64,000 bases of DNA. Source: an uncultured Alphaproteobacteria bacterium. Lineage in GTDB: Bacteria; Pseudomonadota; Alphaproteobacteria; Rs-D84; CACZYB01. The stretch lies in assembly GCA_934246625.1 (NCBI GenBank), contig CAKQHZ010000001.1, positions 434,964 to 498,963 on the forward strand, in the 5' to 3' direction. The position numbers and the translations under genes are program-made. The notes beneath the pieces were generated by a model. It did no database searches. It saw nothing but the letters and a program-made list of their open reading frames with translations, and had not been told where the DNA came from. This document shows positions 28,031-36,829 of this stretch, piece by piece. Every line of letters starts with the position of its first letter. Position 1 is the first letter of the stretch.

Positions 28031-29581
28031 TTATTTTCCTTCTTTTTCAAACCAATGTGAACGAGCAGACATAATAATTTTTTCTGCTTCTTTTTCTGTT
28101 ATGTTATCTTTGCCTAAGATTTCAACAAGTTCATCTGATGCAAGGTCAGCTAAATCGTCAAGAGTTTTAACACCATTGTTTCCAAGAGTTAAAACCATAT
28201 CTGAGGTAAGACCTTCGAATGAAGCAAGTTTGTCTTCGATACCAATTTCTTTTGATTCTTTTGTAAATGTTGCTTTTTCTTTTTCCAAGAATTCTTTTGC
28301 ACGAGATTGAAGTTCACGAGCCAAATCTTCATCGAAACCTTCGATTGATTTTAATTCTTCAATATTTACAAAAGCAATTTCTTCAATAGTTGTGAAGCCT
28401 TCTGCAACAAGTAAGTGTGCAATAACATCATCAATGTCAAGAGCAGAAATAAATCTTTCTGTTCTTTGTTTTACGTCCTTTTGACGTTTTTCTGATGATT
28501 GATCTTCACTCATTACATCAATGCCCCAACCAAGAAGTTGTGATGCAAGACGAACATTTTGACCATGACGACCAATTGCAAGAGAAAGTTGATCATCTTC
28601 AACAATAGCATCAATTTTCTTTGCTTCTTCATCAACAATAACTTTTGATACTTTTGCAGGTGATAATGCATCAACAGCAAGTGTTGCAATATTTGTTGTC
28701 CATTCGATAACATCGATTTTTTCACCAGCAAGTTCGTTCACGATATTTTGAATACGACTTCCTTTCATACCAACACAAGCACCAACTGCATCAATAGAGC
28801 TGTCGCTTGCAAATACAGCAACTTTTGCACGAGAACCTGGGTCACGAGCAACAGATTTTACTTCGATTGTGCCTTCGTAAACTTCTGGAATTTCAGCTTC
28901 GAAAAGTTTAGCAAGGAATAGTGGGTGTGAACGTGTAAGTAAAACTTGGGCAGAAGAATTATCTCTTTTTACTTCTAAAACCAAAGCACGGATTCTGTCG
29001 CCAACATGTAAGTTTTCGCGTGGAATAGTTTCGTTTCTTCTTATCAATGCTTCGGCTTTGCCATTGATGTCAACATAAACACTTCCGTATTCAACACGTT
29101 TAACTGTTCCGTTAACAATAGTTGATACTTTGTCAGCAAATTCGTTATATTCTTTTTCCTTTTCTGCTGATTTGATTTTTTGTAAAACAATTTGACGAAC
29201 AGATTGGAAATTTGCACGTCCAAAATCAACAGGAAGTAGTTCTTCGTCGATATGAGAGCCAACTTCTAATGTAGAATTGATTTTTTTTGCATCTGATAAA
29301 CGAATCATTGTGTTTGAGTCAAAATCAACTTCTTCGCCTAAATCATCAGTAATTTTATCATCTGGAACAACAGTAATTCTTTTTAAGATAGTAATAGTTC
29401 CATCACGGCGGTTGATGTTTGCAACTATATCATAATCATAGCCATATTTGTTTTTTGCAACCTTTTCAACAGCAGCTTCAAGTGCAGAAAAAACAATTTC
29501 TGAGTCGATGTTTTTTTCGCTACTTACACTTGCTGCGATTGCAACTAGTTCAGGGCGTGGTAAAGATAATTTTGAAGTCAT
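28031..29581 (-). CDS. nusA: Transcription termination/antitermination factor NusA (516 aa)
   Basis: S1 plus two KH domains (…VDIN.KAEA.L...E..P.E....GDRIRA.V, GACVG.KGSRIQ.IV.EL.GEKIDVI) and C-terminal acidic repeats. Confidence 0.95.
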   Translation of the reverse strand: MTSKLSLPRPELVAIAASVSSEKNIDSEIVFSALEAAVEKVAKNKYGYDYDIVANINRRDGTITILKRITVVPDDKITDDLGEEVDFDSNTMIRLSDAKKINSTLEVGSHIDEELLPVDFGRANFQSVRQIVLQKIKSAEKEKEYNEFADKVSTIVNGTVKRVEYGSVYVDINGKAEALIRRNETIPRENLHVGDRIRALVLEVKRDNSSAQVLLTRSHPLFLAKLFEAEIPEVYEGTIEVKSVARDPGSRAKVAVFASDSSIDAVGACVGMKGSRIQNIVNELAGEKIDVIEWTTNIATLAVDALSPAKVSKVIVDEEAKKIDAIVEDDQLSLAIGRHGQNVRLASQLLGWGIDVMSEDQSSEKRQKDVKQRTERFISALDIDDVIAHLLVAEGFTTIEEIAFVNIEELKSIEGFDEDLARELQSRAKEFLEKEKATFTKESKEIGIEDKLASFEGLTSDMVLTLGNNGVKTLDDLADLASDELVEILGKDNITEKEAEKIIMSARSHWFEKEGK

Positions 29582-29598
29582 TTTACTTTCCTTTCTTA

Positions 29599-30117
29599 TT
29601 ACTTATTTTTGTTATTCTTTTTGTTGTTTTTTAAAATTTCTTTTATCATTTCATCAGTGATGAGTAATTTTGCCTTTGCAATATTATCAAATTCAAATTC
29701 GATAGTTTGGTTTTTATCATCTAAAAATGTATCAAGAGAGATTGTTTGATTTTTAAGAGAGGCAATTTTACCCTTAAATCTTTTTCTTTCATCTTCAAGG
29801 TTGCGAGGCATTTTTAATTCAACCTTTATATCGCGACCAATGAATTTTTCAAAATCAGCAAGTTTTGTAAGTGGGCGGTCCATACCAGCAGAGCCAACTT
29901 CCAACATATATTTTTCGTTGATTAAATCTTCTACATCAAGGGTTGCAGAAAATGCACGTGATGCTTCTTCGCATTCGTCGATAGTAGGAGATGAACCATC
30001 TTTTTTTTCAAGCAAAATTTGAAGATTCTTCTTTGCATAGTTGACTTGGACAATATCCATATCGTAATCATTTGCAATAGGTGTAAGAATTTCTTCGATT
30101 TTTTCAGTTAATAACAT
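29599..30117 (-). CDS. rimP: Ribosome maturation factor RimP (172 aa)
   Basis: Position upstream of nusA. ...YMLEVGSAGMDRPL motif typical of RimP. Confidence 0.85.
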   Translation of the reverse strand: MLLTEKIEEILTPIANDYDMDIVQVNYAKKNLQILLEKKDGSSPTIDECEEASRAFSATLDVEDLINEKYMLEVGSAGMDRPLTKLADFEKFIGRDIKVELKMPRNLEDERKRFKGKIASLKNQTISLDTFLDDKNQTIEFEFDNIAKAKLLITDEMIKEILKNNKKNNKNK

Positions 30118-30267
30118 TTTTACCTCTTGATATTAAAAAAAGCGGGGCTTTTAAGCTCCCACTCTTTGATTTTCTTAAGAATGTGATTACATTATAATAC
30201 TTTTCTTTACAATTTCAAGAAAAAAATGTATAATATTGCCTATATTTATTAACTTAAGGAGAACGTT

Positions 30268-30873
30268 ATGAACGAAATGATGGATTTGGTTCCTATGGTT
30301 GTGGAACAAACAGGTAGAGGTGAAAGAAGTTATGATATTTTTTCACGTCTTTTGAAGGAAAGAATTATCTTTTTGAATGGTGAAGTAAATGATGCAAGTG
30401 CAAGTTTGATTGTTGCACAACTTTTGTTTTTGGAATCGGAAAATCCTGATAAAGATATTTTTATGTATATAAATTCTCCTGGTGGAGTAATTACTTCTGG
30501 TATGGCAATTTATGATACTATGCAATATATTAAACCTGATGTTGCAACTCTTTGCATTGGTCAAGCATGCTCTATGGGTTCATTTTTGCTTGCGGGTGGA
30601 GCAAAGGGAAAAAGATATGCTCTTCCAAATGCAAGAATTATGATACATCAACCTTTGGGTGGTTTTCAGGGGCAAGCAACAGATATTGAAATTCATGCAA
30701 AAGAAATTCTTAATATCAGAAAAAGAATGAATAGCCTTTATTCTTTCCATACAGGTAAGGATATTTGCGAAGTGGAAAAGGCTGTGGAACGTGATAATTT
30801 TATGAGTGCCGAAGATGCAAAGAATTTTGGTCTTATCGATTTTGTTGTTAAAAACAGAGGTGATATTAAGTAA
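30268..30873 (+). CDS. clpP: ATP-dependent Clp protease proteolytic subunit (201 aa)
   Basis: Catalytic Ser in GQACSMGS, His in IMIHQPLGG. Typical ClpP N-terminus ...[18 protein letters not shown]. Confidence 0.95.
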   Translation: MNEMMDLVPMVVEQTGRGERSYDIFSRLLKERIIFLNGEVNDASASLIVAQLLFLESENPDKDIFMYINSPGGVITSGMAIYDTMQYIKPDVATLCIGQACSMGSFLLAGGAKGKRYALPNARIMIHQPLGGFQGQATDIEIHAKEILNIRKRMNSLYSFHTGKDICEVEKAVERDNFMSAEDAKNFGLIDFVVKNRGDIK

Positions 30874-30989
30874 AATTGTCTAGATTTTTCATAATATATA
30901 AATTATTGACTATAAATTTAAAGAATGTATAATTTTAACAGGTAGTTTTTCCTAAGGAACTGCCTGTTAATTTAAAAAAGGAGAAAAAT

Positions 30990-31592
30990 ATGAATACAAA
31001 AATTATTTCAACAGGTTTAATCCTATCTTCACTTATACTTATGGCTCCTAAAGCAGATGCTTACTATATCGGTGCTTCTGTTGGTTCTTCAAAAACAAAA
31101 GTTAGTGTGGAAGATAAAATTAATATGCAAAGTAAAACTGCTTTTACAGTTTCTACTGGTATGGAAATTCCTCTACCTCTTATTCCAATAAGAGCTGAAG
31201 TTGAATATTTACAACTTAATTCTGATAAAGATGGAGCAGATTTGAAAACTTATGGAGTTGGTGCAAATGCTTATGTTGGATTGCCACTTCTTCCTATTAT
31301 TAAACCTTATGTTGGTATGGGATTGGGTTATTTAAAACAAGATCTAAAAATGCCTGCTGATTTTGATGATGATGATATTTATGAATCAAAAGTTAAGACA
31401 AAATCAGATTGGACAGTTGTTCCACAATATATGATTGGTCTTGATGTATCACTTCCTATTATCCCAGTTGCTGGTGGTGTTGAATATAGATATATCGATT
31501 CTAAATTCAAAGGATTTAATGATACAGAAGAAAATTTTAATGCAAAATCAAAAATCCATACTTTCTTAATGAAAGCAAGAATTAAATTCTAA
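30990..31592 (+). CDS. Small outer-membrane beta-barrel protein (Omp25/Omp31/OMP_b-brl-like, 200 aa)
   Basis: Signal peptide ...APKADA. Alternating hydrophobic beta-strand pattern. C-terminal aromatic ...ARIKF. Confidence 0.65.
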   Translation: MNTKIISTGLILSSLILMAPKADAYYIGASVGSSKTKVSVEDKINMQSKTAFTVSTGMEIPLPLIPIRAEVEYLQLNSDKDGADLKTYGVGANAYVGLPLLPIIKPYVGMGLGYLKQDLKMPADFDDDDIYESKVKTKSDWTVVPQYMIGLDVSLPIIPVAGGVEYRYIDSKFKGFNDTEENFNAKSKIHTFLMKARIKF

Positions 31593-31615
31593 GATTTAAT
31601 TTTTGGAAAATTAAA

Positions 31616-31648
31616 ACTGTCATATTTTTAGTATGGCAGTTTTTTTTA
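31616..31648 (+). terminator. Rho-independent terminator after the OMP gene (ACTGTCATA-N7-TATGGCAGT plus T8)
   Basis: 9-bp stem with one G-U pair, followed by TTTTTTTT. Confidence 0.7.
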
Positions 31649-31774
31649 TTGCCTTTTTGTTTCAAAAATGATAAATTTTTTTTAGATGTAATGAATAATT
31701 ACATTTAGTATCAAGTGTATAGTGATACGGAGCTTTGAACGGCTTTTTTACTTACAAGGGTATGAATTTTGTGT

Positions 31775-31797
31775 GATACCGTTTGGTATCTTTTTTT
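31775..31797 (+). terminator. Second terminator-like hairpin (GATACC-GTTT-GGTATC plus T7) inside the long intergenic region
   Basis: 6-bp stem and 7 Ts, about 125 nt after the previous terminator. May close a short untranslated transcript. Confidence 0.4.
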
Positions 31798-31961
31798 ATA
31801 CCCAAAGCCCCAACCTTTGTTGGTTGGGGAGCTGTGGTTATACAACAGGAATATAGTCTTTGCTATAGTCTAAAAGCCTCAGAGTCATTGTAAGTATGAT
31901 TGTTCAACTGCCCGACCACTATCTTTGATATGTGGGTTTATTTTATTAAAGGGAGAAAAAT

Positions 31962-32528
31962 ATGAAAATCATGAACAAAAAATTACTTTTATTATATATG
32001 TCTTTATATCCTTGTATAACAAATGCAAATGTATATATGTGTTTGCGATGTCCTGTTGGAACTTATGGTGATGGAAAATCATCATATTGTTCACCTTGTC
32101 CAAAAATAGATGGAGCACATTATTTGGAAGATTCAAAGAATTGTGAATGGGAGTGTGATGAAGGTAAAGTTGTTGTTGCAAAATATGCGAATGGTGGAGG
32201 TTGTTGCACTGAACCAGCTAAACCAAAATGTCCTTCTGTTAAAGTTTATGTTTTCGGTAACTGTTCAGGTTCGGGTTCTCATGGAGGATCTTGTCAACTT
32301 CAATATTCAAAAACTTTGGAATGTGGAGAAAGTTTTCAAAATGATGGGAGTGCGACAAATACACCAAATGGACAATATGATTGTATAACGATGGCTTGTA
32401 GAAGCGGAGGTTTTGTTAAAAATATTAATGGAGAAATGTGGTGTTATAAAGACTCCTATGATATGAAAAAAAATAAAAATGGACGTCATTATGATAGGTC
32501 AGGTGATGCTAAATGTCTAAAAGAGTAA
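31962..32528 (+). CDS. Secreted Cys-rich protein (188 aa) with ephrin-receptor/TNFR-like CLRCPVGTYGDGKSSYCSPCP repeat
   Basis: Signal peptide. 25 Cys. SD AAAGGGAGA. Motif shared with 24151..25227 and 44255..44908. Confidence 0.7.
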   Translation: MKIMNKKLLLLYMSLYPCITNANVYMCLRCPVGTYGDGKSSYCSPCPKIDGAHYLEDSKNCEWECDEGKVVVAKYANGGGCCTEPAKPKCPSVKVYVFGNCSGSGSHGGSCQLQYSKTLECGESFQNDGSATNTPNGQYDCITMACRSGGFVKNINGEMWCYKDSYDMKKNKNGRHYDRSGDAKCLKE

Positions 32529-32533
32529 AAAAA

Positions 32534-32559
32534 GTCCCTAGTTTTGGCTAGGGATTTTT
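32534..32559 (+). terminator. Rho-independent terminator (TCCCTAG-N6-CTAGGGA plus T5)
   Basis: Perfect 7-bp stem right after the stop at 32528. Confidence 0.7.
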
Positions 32560-32717
32560 AATTATCTTTTGTTTGAAAGATGGTGGTTTAATATTTCAAT
32601 TTATTTTTAAATTAAGTAAATAATTATCCATCAAGATTGCGTCTTTCTTTGCTTTTTTTAGTTGATAAATTTTTGCTAATATAGATGCTTTGATTTTATT
32701 GTGTTAATAGATTTTAT

Positions 32718-32754
32718 AAAAAAATTCCCCTTATAAAAACAAGGGGAAAATTTT
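32718..32754 (-). terminator. Bidirectional terminator downstream of the rubrerythrin gene (TTCCCCTT-N8-AAGGGGAA)
   Basis: 8-bp stem flanked by an A-run (plus) and a T-run. Confidence 0.6.
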
Positions 32755-32767
32755 GTAAGATTTTGTT

Positions 32768-33352
32768 TTATCTCCAGCTATCACGCTTTCTTGCAAAATA
32801 TGCTTGAGGGTGATTGCATGCAGGACAAACTTCAGGAGCAGAATTTCCAATGTGAAGATATCCACAATTTAAGCATTCCCAAATGATTCTTTCGGATTTT
32901 TTGAAAATTGTATCTTCTTTTAATTCCTTTACCATAGAAAGGAATCTTTCTTCGTGGTGTTTTTCTGCTACACCAATTGCACCCATAATTTTTGCGATTT
33001 CTTCAAAACCTTCTTCACGAGCAATTTTTGCAAAGGTAGGATACATTTCTGTGTATTCTTCCTTTTCTCCATTTGCAGCAGCAACAAGGTTTTCGGCTGT
33101 ATCACCAATTACACCAGCAGGGAAACTTGCATCAACATTTATTGATGACATACCGCCTTCTAAAAGTTTAAAAAGACGTTTTGCATGTTCCTTTTCTTGG
33201 TCGGCTGTTTCCTCAAATAATTTTGAAATTTGAACGTAGCCTTCCTTTTTTGCAACAGAGGCAAAGAATGTATATCGGTTTCTTGCTTGGGATTCTCCAG
33301 CAAATGCTGTTAATATATTTTTTTCTGTTTGTGTCCCTTTTAAGCTAGGCAT
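32768..33352 (-). CDS. rbr: Rubrerythrin (ferritin-like diiron domain plus C-terminal rubredoxin-like CxxC...CxxC)
   Basis: ExxH diiron motifs (EKEHAKRL, EKHHEERF). C-terminal CLNCGYLHIGNSAPEVCPACNHP. Confidence 0.9.
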   Translation of the reverse strand: MPSLKGTQTEKNILTAFAGESQARNRYTFFASVAKKEGYVQISKLFEETADQEKEHAKRLFKLLEGGMSSINVDASFPAGVIGDTAENLVAAANGEKEEYTEMYPTFAKIAREEGFEEIAKIMGAIGVAEKHHEERFLSMVKELKEDTIFKKSERIIWECLNCGYLHIGNSAPEVCPACNHPQAYFARKRDSWR

Positions 33353-33368
33353 TTTTTATATCCTTTCA

Positions 33369-33665
33369 TTATTTATGAGATTTCACTTTTTCCAATTCTT
33401 TGGTTATTTGTTTTTCTGTATCTGCGAATGCATTATTAAAAGCAGTATATGCGTCATCAGCTTCGGCTTTTGCAAAGAAATCAGCAAGTTTTAATTCCAA
33501 TTTTACAGATGCTTGAACCTTTTTATGTGGGGCATCAGTAAATGTAATATTTGCAGATATTAAGTTTTGATTATACTTTTCGATTTTTTTTGAAATAGTT
33601 GATTTAACATGTTCTGTTAAAGATTCTCCTATATCAAAATTTTGTCCTATAACTTGAATAGTCAT
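33369..33665 (-). CDS. hpf: Ribosome hibernation promoting factor / sigma-54 modulation protein family (98 aa)
   Basis: MTIQVIGQNFDIGESLTEHV... and ...KLELKLADFFAKAEADDAYTAFNNAFAD... match the HPF/RaiA/YfiA fold signature. Confidence 0.85.
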   Translation of the reverse strand: MTIQVIGQNFDIGESLTEHVKSTISKKIEKYNQNLISANITFTDAPHKKVQASVKLELKLADFFAKAEADDAYTAFNNAFADTEKQITKELEKVKSHK

Positions 33666-33785
33666 TTGAAACCTCCTTGGTTAGTTGAACATACTTTATA
33701 TATAGCTTTTTTTTAGGAGTTTTTCAATATAAATAATTTTTGATTTTTATCTATTTTTATGTTATTATTGAAAATAAAGGAAAGA

Positions 33786-35114
33786 ATGGGAATGAAAAAA
33801 ATTTTATGTTTTTTGATGGTTTTTACTTTTGCCGTTGAGGGCTTTTCTGCTCCACGAAAGAAGGCTGGCTCTTCTAAACGTGTAGCAACAGCAGGTAAGA
33901 TAAGGACTGCTTCTTCAACCACAATAACGGCCACAAATTCAACAGAGGAAGATTCTTTTGAATCTTGTATGGATAATATTTGTAAATCAGAACTTTATGA
34001 AGATAAGGGTAGATGTAGATGTTCATCTCAACTTGGAAGAATTGAAAAGGTTCTTCGTGATATTGAAAAAATCCAAAACCAAGCAGATGAAGATAATAAG
34101 TTGATGGAAACTTTGATGAATGTTTCAAATACTGCAAATGTAGATGATACTGTTGGAAGTGTTTATGATAATATTAACAGTATTGAAAAAAAGGCAAAAA
34201 CTATTTCTGCAAGGGCTGTGGATAAAGATTTACTTGTGATGGAAGGATTGCCTTTGTATGAAGTAGGATTAAAGAAATGTAAGGGCTTTTTGGATACACT
34301 TTCATCAAAAGATAAGGATAAAAAGAAAGAAGAATATACAAAACTTATTGAAGGAGATTGTTCTGCTTATACAACTATTTTAAAAGAAAAGGCAGATAGT
34401 GCACAAAATCTTTTGGTGCAAGCACAAAAAAATCGCGAAAAGTTTGATGAACAGGAATATAAAAAGCGTAATCAACTTGATACTAATGCTTGTTATGTAG
34501 AATATGAAGCATGTGCAAAAACCGAATGTGGCACAAACTTTAAGTATTGTAAGGATAGTGCAAAACAAGCGACCGTCCTTAAAAAGTGTCAAGCTGTGAA
34601 TTATGGTAAATGTGAAGATAATAAAACAACGGTTATTGCCGATGTAAAAAAGTATATTGCAAAGGAGCTTGAAAAGGTAAGATTAGTTGATAATTGTAAG
34701 GCTGCAATGGGTCATCTTCAAAATGGAAAATGTTTGTTTAAGGTTATGTATATTGCAGATAAATGTTCAAGTGGTAGTGGTTGTGGATCTTCTCAAGTTG
34801 TATGGGCGACACCACGTCAAAAATTCAAATGTGATGATACACGCGGTAGTTTTAAAGAGCTTATTGCTGGATGTTATGAAAGTTGTTATATTATTGGACC
34901 AAATGATGAAAAGATTTATAAGGGAACAAACCATAGTGATAATATGGGTGGTCAAATTGTTGGTGCAATATTTTCTTTGGGTATAAGTGTTGCACATACA
35001 CTTCCTGGATGTGTAGAAAAAAAGAATATTGATACTTTCTATACTCCTGCGGCTCCTGATGGTTGGGGCGAAGATGGTTATCCAACGAATCCAGAATATA
35101 AGGGAATTTTATAA
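33786..35114 (+). CDS. Secreted Cys-containing coiled-coil protein (about 442 aa) with post-signal KR/S/T-rich tract
   Basis: Signal peptide MGMKKILCFLMVFTFAVEGFSA, then PRKKAGSSKRVATAGKIRTASSTTITATNSTEED. About 28 Cys. Start chosen at ATG 33786 (SD AAGGAAAG) rather than the upstream ATG 33759, which lacks an SD. Confidence 0.65.
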   Translation: MGMKKILCFLMVFTFAVEGFSAPRKKAGSSKRVATAGKIRTASSTTITATNSTEEDSFESCMDNICKSELYEDKGRCRCSSQLGRIEKVLRDIEKIQNQADEDNKLMETLMNVSNTANVDDTVGSVYDNINSIEKKAKTISARAVDKDLLVMEGLPLYEVGLKKCKGFLDTLSSKDKDKKKEEYTKLIEGDCSAYTTILKEKADSAQNLLVQAQKNREKFDEQEYKKRNQLDTNACYVEYEACAKTECGTNFKYCKDSAKQATVLKKCQAVNYGKCEDNKTTVIADVKKYIAKELEKVRLVDNCKAAMGHLQNGKCLFKVMYIADKCSSGSGCGSSQVVWATPRQKFKCDDTRGSFKELIAGCYESCYIIGPNDEKIYKGTNHSDNMGGQIVGAIFSLGISVAHTLPGCVEKKNIDTFYTPAAPDGWGEDGYPTNPEYKGIL

Positions 35115-36452
35115 ATGAAAAAATTTTTAGTATTTGTTGTTTCTTTTGTGGTTGTATTAGGTAGTTTTTTTGATGTGGCTTTTTCTCAAAGAGCAAGGAG
35201 AAGACAAGCATCATCAAGAAAAACAAAACGTGCTGGGAATATTAAAAGGGCGGCAACTTCTGGTGGAAGTGGGGCAAAATCTTCTGGAAATACAAAAAAG
35301 GCAACTGGTTCAAAATCAAAAAGTAAAAGTTCCTCTTCTTCAAAAAGTGGGTCTTCCTCCTCCTCTTCATCATCATCATCTTCTTCTGATGAAGGGTTGT
35401 CAGCTGAACTTAAATGTCTTCAACAAAATCTTTCTTCTCTTTTAGGAGATAAATGTAAGTTTGTTGTGGATTCTGATATAACTTCTGCTTTGGAAGGAGA
35501 AGATTTATATTGTGTTTATAATTATAAGGATAGTGGTAAAACCTCAAGTGTTTATAATTATTATTTGAATGCTTATTATGGTGTTTCAGAAACATCTGTA
35601 AAGTCAGATACTTCCATCGTTAATGTGAAAAATAGTTCTAAAAATGCACTTAAGTATTATCAATATTTGATTGATGAAATTGCAAATGGAACATTAAAGG
35701 AAAGTAAAATTCTTGATAGTGTTACTGAAAAGGTTTTGGAAAATTCAAATGTTGCAAATGATGTGCAAGGTGTTATTGAAAAAAAAAGTGTTGAAACTGT
35801 GCCATTATCAATGAGTATTGTTTCTTCGGATTTGGAAAATTGCACAAAGGCGACGAAGGCAATTTTAAAAGAGTGTGGTGCGATTGGTAATCAAACAGTT
35901 AAAAAGAAAATTTCTGAAAGTTGCACCGCTTATAATGCAGTATTGTTAAAACTTGCTGGTAATAAAAAGACAGAAGCTCTTGGTTTCGAGGGTGAAATTA
36001 TAAATGCATTGAAGGAACGTGCAAATGCAGACTTTTATGATTATAAAGAGCTTGTTGAACAACAGGCTGAAAAGTTGAAACTTGATGAACAATATGCAGA
36101 AACACAAAAGAAAACAAAGCTTTTGACACTTAAGAATAAGCGTGATGATACTGCAAGTAAATTGGTTGAATTGCGAAATAGGATAAAAGGACTTAATTCG
36201 GATGATTCTGCAAAGGAAACATTTGAAAGTCAGGCAAATACTTATGCAAGCTCACTTTGTCTTTTGGATCAACAAATTTCAAGTTTGGATAGCACTTATA
36301 AACCATCTGATAATTTAGCAAAGTGTTCAGATGATGATAAAAAAAATGATAGTGATAAAAAAGATGTAGATAAAAATAAAACATCAGAAAGCGGAAATAC
36401 TTCTTCTGGTTCAAATGATACCGCTGGTAAAGCTAATATGGATGCAAAATAA
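35115..36452 (+). CDS. Secreted protein (445 aa) with a KR-rich tract, a poly-Ser run and coiled-coil regions. Translationally coupled to the upstream gene.
   Basis: ATG overlaps the upstream stop (TAAATG). Signal peptide, then QRARRRQASSRKTKRAGNIKRAATSGG..., [29 protein letters not shown]. Confidence 0.65.
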   Translation: MKKFLVFVVSFVVVLGSFFDVAFSQRARRRQASSRKTKRAGNIKRAATSGGSGAKSSGNTKKATGSKSKSKSSSSSKSGSSSSSSSSSSSSDEGLSAELKCLQQNLSSLLGDKCKFVVDSDITSALEGEDLYCVYNYKDSGKTSSVYNYYLNAYYGVSETSVKSDTSIVNVKNSSKNALKYYQYLIDEIANGTLKESKILDSVTEKVLENSNVANDVQGVIEKKSVETVPLSMSIVSSDLENCTKATKAILKECGAIGNQTVKKKISESCTAYNAVLLKLAGNKKTEALGFEGEIINALKERANADFYDYKELVEQQAEKLKLDEQYAETQKKTKLLTLKNKRDDTASKLVELRNRIKGLNSDDSAKETFESQANTYASSLCLLDQQISSLDSTYKPSDNLAKCSDDDKKNDSDKKDVDKNKTSESGNTSSGSNDTAGKANMDAK

Positions 36453-36474
36453 TTAAATAATGTAAAATCAAATA

Positions 36475-36512
36475 TTAAAAAAGGAGCAAAGTAATTTTTG
36501 CTCCCTTTGAAT
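36475..36512. terminator. Bidirectional rho-independent terminator between the 35115..36452 gene and rpmJ (GGAGCAAA-N6-TTTGCTCC)
   Basis: Perfect 8-bp stem at 36483-36504, with an A6 run upstream (a T-run for the minus-strand rpmJ) and T-rich downstream. Confidence 0.6.
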
Positions 36513-36533
36513 TTTATTTAAATCAGCGAAGAT

Positions 36534-36656
36534 TTATTGTTTTGCCTTGAATCTTGGATTCTTTTTATCAATAGCATAAACACGTTTTCCGCGACGAACT
36601 AATTGGATAGTGTTACTTCTTTTTTTTGCTGATTTTAATGAACTTAAAACTTTCAT
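36534..36656 (-). CDS. rpmJ: 50S ribosomal protein bL36 (zinc-independent type, 40 aa)
   Basis: Translation [40 protein letters not shown] closely matches the Cys-less L36 paralog family (E. coli YkgO-like). Not in the supplied ORF track because it is under 60 aa. Confidence 0.85.
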   Translation of the reverse strand: MKVLSSLKSAKKRSNTIQLVRRGKRVYAIDKKNPRFKAKQ

Positions 36657-36829
36657 TTTTACCTCACATAATTTAATTGTTTATGTATCATATATAAAGA
36701 GTCGTAATTTGTCAAGTAAATTTATTATTTTAAAGGAAATTAGTCTTTTATATATTTAATTATAAATATTATTGATTATCAAAAAAAAAATTTGTATTAT
36801 TTCAAATTATATGAATTTAAGGAGTTATT

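Noticed and set aside
30118-30267. Possible heat-shock (sigma-32/CIRCE) promoter upstream of clpP
   Set aside because: Two TATAAT-like boxes are visible, but no convincing -35 at proper spacing and no CIRCE inverted repeat (TTAGCACTC-N9-GAGTGCTAA). Left unannotated.
33759-33785. Upstream ATG (33759) proposed by the ORF track as the start of the 33759..35114 gene
   Set aside because: It has no SD and would place 9 residues before a typical signal peptide. ATG 33786 has AAGGAAAG at the right distance.
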